Assembly (NCBI GenBank): GCA_030390025.1
Contig: CM059432.1
Location: 97,218,001-97,282,000, forward strand
DNA: 64,000 bases
From: Squalus acanthias
Lineage: Eukaryota
Reading direction: 5' to 3'
In this document: one piece after another, positions 1-10,742 of the stretch
Layout of the letters: each line of letters starts with the position of its first letter
Numbering within the stretch: the stretch's first letter is position 1
The notes under the pieces: model-generated
Seen by the model: only the letters and a program-made list of their open reading frames with translations
Told to the model about the DNA's origin: nothing
The model's database searches: none
Program-made: the position numbers and the translations under genes

Positions 1-745
1 ACATTTTCCTTGCCAGGAAGACTTCTTTGAGTTCTACAGAACTGACACAGGAAGACTCTTCTTCGAGTTTTATCGAACCGGTGTGAGGGCACAGGAAGAC
101 TCTTTTTTGAGTAGAGTCGGAACTCCGAGGACAACACAGATCTTCATGACAGCAGACGTTCCAGCCTGCTAGCCGGAGCAGAAAGGAGTAAACAAGTGGG
201 GCCAGGAGACCCCCTGATCGACACGTGGGCGCTGCGGTGAAAAACATCCGATCAGAGTTTTCGGAATTCTCCGAGTTATCACGAGTGGTGAGCATGAGTC
301 TCGAATCCTACGAATCTAGCTTAGGACAGATATTGATAGGGGAGGGTTTCAAGTATTAAGGATAATTGTAATGTGTGCCCCCATTTACGATGTGTCGTTC
401 GTTCCTCGTTTCCCTGAAATTAGTTACATAACTGCATGTAAGATTGTACTGTCATTAATCTGTGCTTATGACATGTATTTCGTAATCTTAAGTATTATGC
501 AATAAAGATTTTCCATTTCGTACCATTCAACCGAGTCTACCTGAGTTTCATCTCCATTACTGCTCTCGCATCTAAGTCCAGTGTCTAGAACCGTAAGGGC
601 GAGTGGGTCGAACCACTCACAGGTGTGTCTAGTGCTCCCAGACTGGCTGGAGACCAGAACAGGCAACAAGGCCTAAACCCGCACTAGCACCCGGGCTGCA
701 CAGAGCCACACGAATCTCACAGGCTGAGAGACAAAAACCCTTACA
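1..745 (+). repeat. 5' LTR (partial, 3' portion)
   Basis: Near-identical to 11086-11830; ends ...CCCTTACA; followed by GAAAA and the PBS; AATAAA at 501-506. Confidence 0.95.
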
Positions 746-749
746 GAAA

Positions 750-2554
750 ATGGCGACCGCGGCAGGACACTGGCAGCGAGAGGGCAGTGTGTTAGACTTT
801 GGTGTGAATGTACGAAATGTTATGCAGGAAAAGATAGCAGATTATGTGTTCAGAAAGGTAAATCTAACTAAGAAATGGATAAGTGACCTGTTAGCGGATA
901 AGAGTCCACTAGAGGCAGCCGAGAGGTGGACAGATAGTAAGGAACATAAAATGACAGTCGAGAAAGCAGTCTGGTTAATGTGTTACAAAAGGCAGGTCCA
1001 GATTTCAAACCAGGTCATTACAGCGCAAACAGCTCGGATCAGGCATTTAGAGGAGGAAATGGATGAGAAAGTCTCTGGAGGGGAGTTGCTCATCAGGAAT
1101 TTAAGTGCGCTGCACCGAGAACGCCAGGAAATCACCAGTCACCACAAAGCAAAAATAGATTACCTCGAGTGTCAGGTCACTGAGGCAAAGTTAAGTGAGG
1201 GCAGACTAAAGGAACGATGTGCCCGCCAAGCTGCCCAAATAAGAGCCCAGGAAGAGAGCTTAACGGGGGTTAGGGCGGCATATAAGATGGCCCTTGAGGA
1301 TAAATTTCAGGGGGCCGATCATAGCGCCTGCCAAAAGGAGATAGAGCACCTTAAAAGGGCCGTGAACAAAGCGCACGGCATGGTGTGCCTTATCAGTCCG
1401 TCAGCACACCAGCCGCTAGTAGATGAGGAGTTTCAGAAATTCCCACCAAGTAAAGCAAAGGAAGTATTAGCCACTATGCCCTCCGCGCCACCCAGCTATT
1501 CGGAAACCTGGGTAAGGGAGGAAGTAGTAGAAGAAATGAAAGAGCCCACTGAGGGAGAAGTGGAAAAGGGACCGTTGTGTCCAGTTACGGGTATAAAAAG
1601 GGGCCCAAACGGGAACGGTGGGGAACCAGGGGATCTCCTCAACCAGCTTGTGTTGCCTCACAGCTCACACCAGCTGAGAGTTATGATAAATCACGTACGG
1701 AAGCTAACCGAGTCAGACGACCCTTCCGTACATTTCAGAGAAGTTGAGCAAACCGCAGCCATTAACGGCTGCGATGATGGGGAAACAGCAAAAATGCTAT
1801 TATTTTCGTTAGGCAGTTCAATCCTTCAGTGTCTCTCGGACGAGAGCAAGAGGGGAACCAAGACATATGAGGCATTAAAAAATGAGGTCCTAGAAGTGTT
1901 GGGGATGGACGATGAAGGTCCGTTTGCTAGAGTGGGACAGACAGTGCAGATGGAGGGAGCACCCCCGAAGGTTTTTGCCGACAGGCTGTGGCCAGTATAT
2001 CAGCGCAGCTGTCCAGGTGCGCCAGAGCGCGACGCTGTGGACGGCGTCGGTTTAACTCATTGGCTCAGGTGTATAGTAGCCAACAGTTTGCCAGCCGTCA
2101 GAGAGCAGGCAAAAGCGTGGTTTGATCCCACTGACACAACATTACGGAAGAGTCGGTCTTAAATCGACTCACGGTAGGATACCGCAATATAAGGGGTATG
2201 GGTACACGTCCCCTTAAGGGAAAAGTACATGAGGTACGACCCGCAGCCCCGGCTCAAAGGGAGTGGCATCAGGAGGGTAACCGCGCCCCGCAGGCAAGTA
2301 ATGCTTGTTACGGGTGTGGGAGGACAGGGCACTGGCGCAAGAACTGCAGGAACCCTTGGAAGGATTCCAGGGATAAAAATCCCGCAGCCCGAGCCCAGAT
2401 GCCTGTCTCGGTTAGGGAAGCTAGTGCACCCACCCCTCCCGACAACCTCGAAACAGTGTTGGGAGCCATGCGCAACTTCATGAGTGCACATGGAAAAGTG
2501 GCGGTTGCTACCGGCCCCGTAGGTGCCGCAGGCCCGTCTAACCATACCCAATGA
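750..2554 (+). pseudogene. gag: gag, split by a 1-nt frameshift near 2135-2140
   Basis: ORF 750-2162 (coiled-coil-like region, PSAPPSY, capsid-like helical region) continues in another frame (ITEESVLNRL...) into ORF 2198-2554 with zinc knuckle CYGCGRTGHWRKNC; ends at TGA 2552-2554. Confidence 0.88.
751..768 (+). promoter_or_regulatory. Primer binding site, complementary to 3' end of tRNA-Arg (TCG-type)
   Basis: TGGCGACCGCGGCAGGAC, 5 nt after the LTR; reverse complement GTCCTGCCGCGGTCGCCA matches the vertebrate tRNA-Arg(TCG) 3' end as I recall it (not searched). Confidence 0.85.
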
Positions 2555-5500
2555 CTAGAGCCCGCGCAGCCCGTCTACCTGTGTCCGCTCAGCTACGATG
2601 CGTGGAAGCGACCCCTGGTGGAAATGGAGGTAGAGAAACAGAAGGGTAGTTATTTGTTGGACACGGGAGCTTCTTGCACCGTGATTCATACAGATAGCCC
2701 TTTTGACTCACCGCTATCTACCAAGGTCCCAATCACATTAGCGAGGTTCATGGGAAAAGAACAGGCTGGCGCGTTCTCCCTTCCGCTATCCATTCGTTTG
2801 GGGGCACTCCACATCAAGTGGAAGTGCATATTGATGGAATGGCAGGAGGGGGGTGGAAGAGGTATCCTCGGGTCCGATCTCCTATCAGGACACGGGATCC
2901 TTGTGGACCTCAGAAATCATTGTCTCTGGGGGGCTAAGAGTGAAAAAGGCGAGGTAGTGGTAATTCCGGGGAGGAAGAAACAGGGGTCCTGTGTACCATG
3001 CAGCCATCCGGAGGCTACGACCTTGGGCTCATGGTCGCAGATGTCCCAACGGACATGCAAACGTACGTGTCAGATAATATGCACGCGTTTGCAACCCACA
3101 AGCACGATTGTGGGAGGGTTACCGGGTTTGAGGTCAGCGTAGATGGGGACCCCATGACCCGGCCCCAAAAACAGTATAACTTCCCCAAAGAAGCAGAACC
3201 CGATATGGAGACAGTAATGTCCTCCTTGGTGCAGCAGGGCGTGTTGAGGCCGATAGCCACGCACGTGAACTCCCCATTATGGCCGGTTAGGAAGCCGGAT
3301 AATTCGTGGAGGGCCACGGTGGACTACAGAGTCCTTAACAGTAACATTCCTGCCTGCGCGCCCACGGTAGCAGCAGTTGCTGACCTAATAGGGAGTATCC
3401 CAGCGTCCGCGACCACGTTCACGGTGCTGGATATCTCGAACGGTTTTTGGTCCATCCCGCTGCGGCGAGAGGACCAGTACAAGTTTGCCTTTACTTTCAA
3501 AGGACAACAGTACACGTGGAACTGTCTGCCACAGGGTTTCCACAATAGCCCCAGTATTTTCCATCAGTGTATGGCAGGAAGTTTAAAGGAGTTTAGTCAG
3601 CCCAATCAGATAGTGCAGTACGTGGATGATTTGCTCCTATTTACGGATTCAAGGGAGGAGCATGGACCACTGCTGGCCGAGTTGTTGGAGCTGCTAGCGA
3701 GAAAGGGTTTTAAAGTAAACCCTAAGAAAGCACGTATTGGTCAGCAGGAAGTAAAATTCCTGGGGCTGACCATTCGCGCTGGGGAAAGAGCCATAGATAA
3801 GGCTAGGAGAGAGTCGGTGCAAGAGTTACCGATTCCTAACAACATAAGGGGTGTGAGGTCCTTCTTGGGACTGACCGGTTACTGCAGGGATTTTATCGAA
3901 GACTATGCGGCCACAGCGGCGCCGCTCCTCCGACTCCTCCATAAGGGAGTGGAGTGGTCTTGGGATGAGGGCTGCCAAGCAGCCTTCGAGAAGTTAAAAA
4001 GGGATCTGCAGACCGCGCCAGCCTTAGGGGCCATAGATGGGGGGAAGGAGTTTTTCCTGGAGGTAGCTGCCAGCGGGGACAGCTTGAGCGCTGTGCTGCT
4101 CCAAGAGCGCCACGGCAAGCTGAGGCCGGTTGTCTATTCGTCCAGGGTGTTAACGGATGTGGAGAGGAGTTTCTCCAATTGCGAAAGGCACCTTTTAGCC
4201 ACGCATTGGGCTGTGAAAAGATCAGCGATCTTCACAGGGCTCTCTCCCATCACTCTCCTCACCCATCATACACCAACTAAGATGCTTTTAGATGGGAGGA
4301 TCAAAGATGGGACCGTAAGCAGCGTGCGTATTGCGCGCTGGACCCTTCTTCTTTCCCAGATGGATCTTAGAGTTAAAGGTCTTTGCGAGCCCAGGCTTGC
4401 GGCCAATTTGGTATACCCCGGTACAGCCCACCGGTGTTCGGTGGAAGGGGTGTGGGACGTCAACATAGGTTTGCGGGCCGGGATACATCCCACTGGGCGC
4501 GAGATTTATGTTGATGGTTCTAGCACAGTATCTGCTGGCGAACGACTCACAGGGTGTGGAGTTTATGACCCTGCGGCAAACCTTGCCCTGGCGATCAAGC
4601 TCCCTAGCACCATGAGCGCGCAGCAGGCTGAGCTGTCTGCCGTGGTGTACGTTGTCACCCACCCAGACATTTTCCCAACCCCATACACGATTTGCTCGGA
4701 CAGTATGTTCACATGCAATTCATGTACGGAATACCTGGCCATTTGGTCCCGCCGTGGATACACCTCCGCGGACGGGCGACCTTTAACGGTGAAGCCCTTG
4801 CTGGAAAAGATCCTAGCAGCAGTAAGGGAGGAAGGGGAGATTTCATCCATAAGGTGAAGGCTCACTCCTCCACAGAGCCCCGTGGGGAGGGCAACCAACA
4901 GGCGGATGCGCTAGCCAGGGAAGGTGCCCGCAACGGCATTTTCTGGGACCCCTATGGGACCAGACCCATGGCAGCGATCCAAGGCAGGGACGGGAATCCC
5001 GGGAACACCAGGGTAGCATTGCCCCTAGACCTTAAGACCGTCCAGAACCAGGATCCCGCCCTAAAAGCAGTCCTAAAAACCATTGCAGAGGGGAAGCAGG
5101 TAGAGGGTCTGTACAGTACGGCAACCCTCTCAGTTAAGGAAGGCATGCTGTTCCACGAGGAGCAGTGGGTTGTGCCACAGCAGCACAGGAGGGAATTCCT
5201 CCAGTTGGCTCACGAGGGACCAGGGGCAGGGCACCCCGGGCCCGAGGTTACCTGGCGACGGGTAGAGCAAGCGGGATGGTGGCCAGGGCTCAGGGAACAG
5301 GTCCGCGAGTTCTGTGCAAACTGTCTCGTGTGCGCTGCAAACAACCCAGACCCCCAGAAAAGGAAAGTGCCCATGGGGCACGTAAGAAGGGTAGAGGGAC
5401 CATGGCAGTTGATACAGATCAACTATATAGGGCCCCTGCCCACCACCCAGGGAGGCTATAAATACTGCCTCGTCTTGGTGGATGTGTTTTCCAAATGGGT

Positions 5501-7085
5501 GGAAGCCTTCCCCTGTCGAACAGCTACGGCACTGGGTACTGCAAAAATCTTGTTCAGGGAAGTGTTCTCGCGGTGGGGACTCCCCCGTTTTGTGGAGTCA
5601 GACCAAGGGAGTCATTTCACCGGCCAGGTGATGCAGAACACCCTCATGCTTTTGGGCATCGAAGGGAAGTGGCACGTAGCACACAATCCCCAGTCATCCG
5701 GGATTGTTGAACGCATGAACCGGACCCTGAAGGAGAAATTGAGGAAAGAGACTAGGAACTCGCCCCAAAAATGGGCGGAAGTTCTGCCTTTAGTCCTCAT
5801 GGGGGTCCGGGCCAGTCAGTCAAAAAGTACGGGGTACTCCCCGCACGAGGTGATGACGGGGAGGCTCATGCGAACCCCCACCCATGTGCTAGCGCCGGTG
5901 CTCACTGAGGGTCAGCTCCAAGAGATAAGCAGGGACAAGTTCGCCCAGACCCTCTTGGAGCGCCTGAAGCAGGTTTATGAGCAGGCGGCTGGGAACATGG
6001 GAAGGCAGCATCAGGGCAATCGCCTGTTGCTGGAACCCCGCAAAACGCGGGAATGGGAAGTAGGAGACCAGGTTATGGTCAGAAACTACGCAAGAGTTGG
6101 GAGTCTGGAACCACTGTATATGGGACCATACAATATTGTAGATAAGGCAAGTCCCATGGTTTACGCCGTAAAGGTACCTCGGCGCACTAAGTGGTTCCAC
6201 GTAAACCAGTGCAAATTGTACAAGCCAGGTGCACAAGGGAAAACCACAGGGGCAAAACCTGCGAGTGGGGACTCGCAGCCCCAGGTAGGACCACAAGGCA
6301 CACAGGCAGGCAAAGCAGCTTGCATCAGGGGAGGAGACATCCTGGAAAATTGTGAAACATTTTTGTGGGGTTGGGAGTCAGATGAGGGAGAGTTCCCGGA
6401 ACTCGAGTCAGATGAGGATAGTGATGAGGACAAGTGGGAATCGGGGAACGCAAGGGTCGCCCCCGATTCAGGTATAGGGAGGACAGGGGCTGCAGATAGA
6501 GATCCACACAGGGTGGACACCGAGGCTGCAGGTCCCGAACACAGGAGGGAGGAGCTAGGGGAGGCGGAGCCAGCCGCTGTGAGACCACAGGGCGTGACGG
6601 CGGAAACCTCAGAGCCCGAGCCGCCCGCCTTGAACGTCCTGCCCTCGAGGGAGGTAGGGATTGCGAGTGAAGGGCCGCCTGCTGGGCCGAGCAGGGCGGT
6701 GCCACAAGCTGCAAGTTCCAAGGTCAGGGAGGCGGAGTCAGGGGAGGCGGAGCCAGCGACTGTGGTGGGACCACAGGTCGTCCCGGCGAAAGTCTCGAAA
6801 CCCGGTCCGTCGGTCCTGGAATTCCTGCCCCCGACAACTCCTCGTAGGTCAAGTAGAGAACCCCAGCCCAGGAAGATGTGGTCATGGCCCCAGACTGCAC
6901 CAAGGCGTAGACTCAAGGTTAAGGCAGCCCAGGTAGGACCCGGTCCCATTGCAGCAGCAACAGGCTGCGGCAGATCAAAGGAAGGGGTCAGTGCCCTCCC
7001 ACCGTCGGGAAGAGCTCGCAGCAGCCTTCTCAGAATTTACAGGGGCCGCCCTGAGAACGGGCGGCGCTGTACAGTTATAGTTTAA
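2555..7085 (+). pseudogene. pol: pro-pol: aspartic protease, RT, tether, RNase H, integrase, C-terminal extension; frameshifts near 2970 and 4842
   Basis: LLDTGAS and GILGSD (PR); LDISNGF, LPQGF, YVDD (RT); VDGS, QQAEL, SDS, HKVKAH, GNQQAD (RNase H); H-H-CLVC, INYIGP, SDQG, VERMN, GPY (IN). Confidence 0.93.
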
Positions 7086-7335
7086 GTTTCTAAGTTTAAG
7101 GTTAAGTTTAAGGTTATAAGTTTATAGTTTTAAAATCGGGTTAAGTTTGTAGTTTAATTTTAACAGAAAATGGTAAAATGATGGGAGCTTTGGATAGGTT
7201 TAGTTAAAGTTTATTTAGTGAACATTGAAGTTTACGTGAGGCGAGGTCAGGGGACCCGCTCACCCTTCACCAAAAGCCAGAGACTCTTGCGAGGCTGGCT
7301 ACCTCATTCTATCTGATCACAGGAACCAAGGAAGG

Positions 7336-9687
7336 ATGGAACGAATTCTAGTATTGCTCGCGGCAATCGGATGTGGATTGGCCTATCGAGGCCGCACCAA
7401 GGATGTCGTGGTGTTTGGATGCTCTGGGGACACGGCCCCCATCGCGGTGGATGGGACCGGAAGACGGGAGGCTGAGGAGACCACCACCTATTTCCACAAG
7501 GGAAGGTGGCCAGGATGGCTGGGAACAAACTCAACGGAGTATTCTAGCACATCGGGGTTTGCCTACCAAGAGACTTCTTTAATGTGCCCCAAAGTAAGGA
7601 TCATCGCACCCAGAATCAGCGTCACCGTCGGCAAACGGATTTGTTTGACTTGTAGTGGGAATGTCCCATTGAGCCAATGGTGGTGGCTGCGAAAGCTGAG
7701 CAAAAACATGAGGAACTCTTCGGTCGAGTGGGAACGACTGGGTAATAATACCCATCGGACAATTACGGGGACAAACAGACAAGTGAGAGTCTGTTGGGAC
7801 AAATGGTGGGAACCGGATGAGGGAATTTATGTATGCATGTGGGGGTCAAAGTACGCTTGCCCCAAAGGCATCTCCATATTTTTCATTAACCAATGGCAGG
7901 ATAACGGACAGGGGATGAGGTGGGATGCGAGCACCAGGGGGTGCGGAGCCCCATACTTTTCGATCCCGGTAAATGCCACTGAGCTCATTACGCGCCCACG
8001 CAAAGCCCCGCCCACGATTCCGGTGGTTCTAGCTGAAGAGGAAGGGTGCCCTAAAACTAGTAAGGGACCCGGGAATGGTTTGGTACTGGTCCCCACAGAC
8101 CAGATACTATTTCAGGGGGTACATTACGTGGTGGCCTCGGTGATTTTAAATCTCACCGAGGTGCGGTTACCAGAGTGGTGCCCCAAAAAGACGGAACAGT
8201 TGTATCAGGTCCTGTTGACCAAGATGTTCAGACAATTTTACGAATTCGATTTCGCGGAAATTGATAAAACAAGTTTGTAAACCGCACCACATGAAGTTTT
8301 GGATCAAGTAGGGAGGCAAAGAAGGGGTGTAGTGAACGACGTGTTCACTGCTTTTAACACGGGTACATCTGTGGTCAACGCTCTAGACAGTGTGGAGCTG
8401 CAGACCCAGATTAATGGTTTAAAGACGCAATTAAAAGACATTCTAACAGATGAGAATAAAGTGGTTGGGTCGGGTTTACACGAGGACCAAGCCATGACTC
8501 TCCATTTAAAGGAAATTATAGCAGAGTTAGAGAAACATGCAAAGACGGTAAATGCCTTGATTTGGGAAGATCGGAATGCATCCGATCAAGCTGCGCAGAA
8601 CGAGGTGTGCGTGCTTTACGGGGCGTGGTTACTGGGCGAGGGCCGCAGTAATTTGGAGGATTTAAAACAAGGTTTGGTCCCGTCCTGGATAAGTAACAAA
8701 CACCTGCGGGCGCTCCACCCTTTTCAGAACGCATTAAGCCCGTGCCAGCTCAGGCTAGCTTCAGAAGCATACCCAGTCCCCGTGGACTGTGGACGATCAA
8801 ACCATGCTATTATGGGTATAGTATTACGTATGCCGGTTTTGGGCGACACAGCAAAGCCCGCCCCGGTGTATCGGGTAGAGAACATTGGTGTCATTCATGG
8901 GGGAGCCCACATTCGCTATGCAGCGGTTCCACCTTACGTCATCCGCTGGGAGCAAACGATGACAGGTACAGATCTCTCTGGTTGTCGTGGCAGGGGAGTA
9001 CACATAATACTGTGTCCCCAGCACTTGAATGCCTTTTTAACACCACAGTGCGGGTTCAGAACGGCTGGCGCCAAGTCCATGAATTGCACCATGGAGGCAA
9101 TGGCACAAGATCATGTGCCTCCGCAGGTAGCATACATCGGGGGTGGAACATATTGTGTTACCACTGCAGCGCAACACTACCAGCATGGAAACCGTAGCCG
9201 GTGTCCGGTGAGTGACAGCAGTTTCTGTTTCAAACCCAGGGCGGAAGTTCAAGTAGCACAACGGCGAATTGTCCCAATCCCTGAACCATCCACTGTTCAT
9301 CTAACAGTAAAAGAGAATTTCACCGACTTGCAGCGATTCGTCGCGCATTTTGGATACCTCATTCCCCCTCTCCCTGAACACCTCACCAAGCTTTTAAAAG
9401 CCGTCGCGGTGTCACAGAAACATTTTTACACATTAGAACAGAAAACTGTCGAAATAGGAACAGACATTCTGGATATAGTAATTCCACCGTGGTGGAATCT
9501 GTTCACCAATATTGAAGTGCCTTCATGGATCAGAATAGCCTCCCACATTTTAGTCGTATGCCAAGTTTTTATTGTAGTGTACCTATTGATCGTACATTGT
9601 AAAAGAGGCAAACGCCTCACCAAGCATGAAAACACGGGAGAGTGGCGAGAACGTTACGTGCGCGTGCACGATGAAAGCACCGTGTAA
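7336..9687 (+). pseudogene. env: env: signal peptide, Ig-like domain, F-like class I fusion glycoprotein; one in-frame TAA at 8278-8280
   Basis: ORFs 7336-8280 and 8299-9687 share a frame. Hydrophobic N-terminus, furin site RQRR (8314-8325), fusion-peptide/heptad region, Cys-rich core, PPWW, TM segment ILVVCQVFIVVYLLIV. Confidence 0.88.
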
Positions 9688-10123
9688 TCGGAAAATGGCA
9701 TCACTCACGCTTGCCACGTGCGCCGCGGAAGTTTGTACTCGTTTCATGATTTTCAAAGACTGTAAATACGTTTGGAACTCGACATGTGTTGAGAGTTGGT
9801 GTTGGTTATTTTGGTGATGGTGTTGTCGTTAAAAATGATTGTTTGGTTTTGGGTTTTGTTTTTCCTTTCCCTGAATAAAAGGATGAATATACAGGTGATA
9901 CGAGAGGCATCGGCCTGGTCACACCGGGAAGGAAAACAAGTGGTGTAAGTTTGAAGGCAAATGATGCCTACGGTGATATAAAGTGTAATTTTCTTGGGAA
10001 ATAAGGACGACGCAAAGACCCTAGATAGTTTAAGTTATGGGATTAATTTTCTGGATCTGGAGAAATCGAGATAATATTGCTCACCACAATATTTTTGATA
10101 CGATAAGCGGAGTTATTCGCATC

Positions 10124-10135
10124 AACAGGAGGGAC
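10124..10135 (+). promoter_or_regulatory. Short polypurine tract
   Basis: AACAGGAGGGAC immediately precedes TGTAG, the inferred 3' LTR start. Confidence 0.65.
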
Positions 10136-10711
10136 TGTAGCATTCGCAATATATCGCGATTTTATTAATAAGGAGAAAAACACATAGTTTCGTTCAAACA
10201 GCTTTTATTTCAGCAGAATGCTGTCAGGTTTTCAAAGTGGACACAAGCAGCTGTAAAATGGCCGCCGCACCTCGTGGCAGAACATTCTAGACTTTTCAAC
10301 AGGCAGACAAGATGGCGTTCCAGTAAACATTTTTGCAAGATCGATTAAGACTCAGCACATTGAAGATAATACACGAGACATCATGGGTTTACAGTATACA
10401 CATAAATACTGAAATCGGTCTCCCAGGTACGAATAAAAGCTATTGTACCAAGTAATCAAGAACCCATCCAAAGACATTAATATGTAGAATCCCAACGACT
10501 CTACGATGAGAGAGCCGTTAGCGGGTAGTTACAGAAAACACTTGGAAGCCCCAAAACCCCTCCGGGGAGAACACCGACCGATTAAACAATGGGAGAAATA
10601 TTAACAGGTACTCAGACATTTACGAGTAGCCCCAAAACCCATTAAAACGAAGATCACCCTATACAAGACATTTGAGCGCCAAACCCTAACAAAAGAAAAG
10701 ACATTAAGGTT

Positions 10712-10742
10712 GGGCGGGAAACGGAAGATTTTGCACTATAAT
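10712..10742 (+). promoter_or_regulatory. Candidate LTR core promoter (GC box, ETS-like CGGAAG, TATA)
   Basis: GGGCGGG 10712-10718, ACGGAAG, TATAAT 10737-10742. Confidence 0.55.

Noticed and set aside
14..125. CRISPR-like repeat-spacer pattern
   Set aside because: Only three short, unevenly spaced units in a eukaryotic LTR; no cas genes.
2941..3000. Separate pol start at ATG 2998 (foamy-like)
   Set aside because: Would exclude the protease; a single-base deletion explains the offset.
6161..6949. 262-aa antisense ORF over the integrase tail (HBZ-like idea)
   Set aside because: Low-complexity mirror of a GC-rich sense frame; no motif or expression signal.
7336..9687. Two separate genes (attachment + fusion) rather than one env
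   Set aside because: Same frame; the second part has no ATG or signal peptide and the F2-like segment lies before the TAA, so a nonsense mutation is simpler. Needs checking in other copies.
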